Shown here one piece after another: positions 62,218-64,000 of a stretch of DNA of 64,000 nt. The stretch's first letter is position 1. Every line of letters starts with the position of its first letter. Position numbers and translations under genes: made by a program. The notes beneath the pieces were generated by a model. The model was not told where the DNA came from, made no database searches, and was given only the letters and a program-made list of their open reading frames with translations. The stretch lies in NCBI GenBank assembly GCA_018969715.1, contig JAGWXT010000009.1:4664-68663 (forward strand), written 5' to 3'. This DNA is from Actinomycetales bacterium. Its GTDB lineage: Bacteria; Actinomycetota; Actinomycetes; S36-B12; UBA5976.

Positions 62218-63171
62218 ATGGCGACGATCCTTGTTCTCGCCGACCACACAGCCGGCACGGTCACCAAGGCGACCACTGAGGTGCTCACCCTCGCCCGCCG
62301 GCTTGGGTCTCCGACCGCCGTCGCCCTCGGCCCCGGCGCCCAGGCGGCCGCGGACACCCTGGTGCAGTTCGGCGCCGATGACGTGCTGATCGCCCCCGAG
62401 GAGGAGTTGCTGACCTGGCTGGTGACCCCGAAGGTCGCGGCCTTGCAGGCGGCGGCCGCCCTCACCGCCCCGTCGGCGATCCTGCTGGCCTCCACCGCGG
62501 AGGGCAAGGAGATCGCCGGGCGGCTTGCAGTCCGGCTGGGCAGCGGGGTCATCACCGATGCCGTCGACGTCGCTGCGGATCTCACGGCAACCCAGTCGGT
62601 CTTCGGTGGCGACACCACCGTGCACTCCCGGGTCACACGCGGCACGGCGATCATCACCGTGCGCCCGAATGCGGTGACCGCCGAGTCCAGTCCCGGCGCT
62701 GGCCGGCTGGCCGACCTGGCCGTGGTGCTCACCGACGCCGACCGGCGTGTGCGCATCGTCGAGCATGCCGATGCGGTCACCGCGGGACGGCCCGACCTGG
62801 CCGAGGCGCGCATCGTCGTCTCGGGCGGACGTGGGGTCGGCAGTGCCGAGGGCTTCACGGTGATCGAGCGGCTCGCCGACACATTGGGTGCGGCGGTCGG
62901 CGCCTCCCGGGCGGCCACCGACGCCGGTTGGTACCCGCACCAGTACCAGGTCGGGCAGACCGGCAAGACCGTCTCCCCGCAGGTCTACATCGCCAGTGGC
63001 ATCTCCGGGGCGATCCAGCACCGGGCCGGGATGCAAACCTCCAAGGTGATCATCGTGGTGAACAAGGATCCCGAGGCGCCGATCTTCGAACTGGCTGACC
63101 TCGGCATCGTCGGCGACCTGTTCACAGTCGTGCCGCAGCTGACCGAGGAGGTCGAACGCCGGCGCGGCTGA
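62218..63171 (+). CDS. etfA: Electron transfer flavoprotein subunit alpha
   Basis: [38 protein letters not shown]. Confidence 0.97.
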   Translation: MATILVLADHTAGTVTKATTEVLTLARRLGSPTAVALGPGAQAAADTLVQFGADDVLIAPEEELLTWLVTPKVAALQAAAALTAPSAILLASTAEGKEIAGRLAVRLGSGVITDAVDVAADLTATQSVFGGDTTVHSRVTRGTAIITVRPNAVTAESSPGAGRLADLAVVLTDADRRVRIVEHADAVTAGRPDLAEARIVVSGGRGVGSAEGFTVIERLADTLGAAVGASRAATDAGWYPHQYQVGQTGKTVSPQVYIASGISGAIQHRAGMQTSKVIIVVNKDPEAPIFELADLGIVGDLFTVVPQLTEEVERRRG

Positions 63172-63208
63172 CGCGCATTCTGCGGTTGCGGCGGTCAGGC
63201 TGTCGGCG

Positions 63209-64000
63209 ATGCTCTTCCCGACCGCCCTCTTCGGGGCCTTCTTCGCCATCACACTGGCGGTGTCCTGGCTGCTCATGCCACGGCCCCGGCTGTGGAAGCC
63301 GTTCATCCTGCTCGCTTCCCTGCTCTTCTACGGTGCGGCGGACTGGCGGTTCGTGCCACTGCTGGTCGGGGTCATCGTCGTCAACCAGATCGCGGCGGTC
63401 GGGATCGCCCGCGGGATTGGACCGTCCGGCCGCTGGTGGGTGATCGGCGCCATCGCGGTCGACCTCGGGGTGCTGGGGGTGTTCAAGTACCTCGGCTTCC
63501 TCGCCGAGTCGGTCAATGCGGCGTTCCTGGGCCTGGGCCTGGGCGATGGGCTGCCGGCATTGCGGCTACTGCTGCCCATCGGCATCTCCTTCTACATCTT
63601 CCAGGCCATCTCATACGTCGTGGACGTGCATCGCGGTCGCATCAAGCCGGCGAGCTGGATCGACTTCGCGGTCTTCCAGGCGTTCTTCCCGCACCTCATT
63701 GCCGGGCCCATCGTCCGTGCCTCGGAGTTCATCCCCCAGTTGGCCACCCCCCGCTCACCTCGGGCGATCGCGGCAGTGCCGGCCCTGTTCCTCATCGCCG
63801 GCGGGATGGTGAAGAAGGTCGTGATCGCGGACTTTCTTGCCACCGACATCGTCGACCCCGTCTTCGGTGCACCGGGGTCGGCGTCGGCGGTGGAGACGAT
63901 CACCGCCATCTACGCGTATGCCATCCAGATCTACTGCGACTTCTCCGGCTACACCGATATGGCCATCGGCCTGGCGATGCTGCTCGGTTTCTGGTTTCCG
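63209..64000 (+). CDS. MBOAT-family O-acyltransferase (AlgI/DltB-like), truncated by the window edge
   Basis: Manual translation: MLFPTALF..LLASLLFY..LGVFKY..LLLPIGISFYIFQAISY..FFPHLIAGPIVR..QIYCDFSGYTDMAIG. Confidence 0.92.
   Translation, partial: MLFPTALFGAFFAITLAVSWLLMPRPRLWKPFILLASLLFYGAADWRFVPLLVGVIVVNQIAAVGIARGIGPSGRWWVIGAIAVDLGVLGVFKYLGFLAESVNAAFLGLGLGDGLPALRLLLPIGISFYIFQAISYVVDVHRGRIKPASWIDFAVFQAFFPHLIAGPIVRASEFIPQLATPRSPRAIAAVPALFLIAGGMVKKVVIADFLATDIVDPVFGAPGSASAVETITAIYAYAIQIYCDFSGYTDMAIGLAMLLGFWFP

Overview
High-GC actinobacterial chromosome segment with two zones split by a minus-strand tRNA-Arg(CCG) at 20379-20453. Left zone (1-20.3 kb) is accessory: a nonsense-interrupted AAA+ ATPase behind a triplicated AT-rich 33-bp unit, a GT2, hisN, an SGNH hydrolase, an orphan LuxR-type regulator divergent from a secreted clan-A glycoside hydrolase, a small XRE cassette with a G14 tract in a promoter, and a Wzm/Wzt surface-glycan locus (two GT4s, two RgpF-like paralogs, DUF4012-like protein, an 8-residue-repeat secreted protein) followed by a K+ channel. 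Right zone follows the conserved actinobacterial order argS-lysA-hom-thrC-thrB-rho-rpmE-prfA-prmC-tsaC-glyA-wecA-atpIBEFHAGDC-pduO-murA ... nucS ... mce-ybbN-glgP-methyltransferase-acyltransferase-etfBA and ends in a truncated MBOAT gene, with secreted beta-rich proteins and redox enzymes inserted. No CRISPR array, rRNA, transposase or integrase was seen. Window-wide patterns: frequent short tandem duplications (in-frame inside CDSs, any length outside) and many leaderless TANNNT-N6-8-start promoters, several back-to-back. All family assignments come from motif recognition by eye, not database searches.
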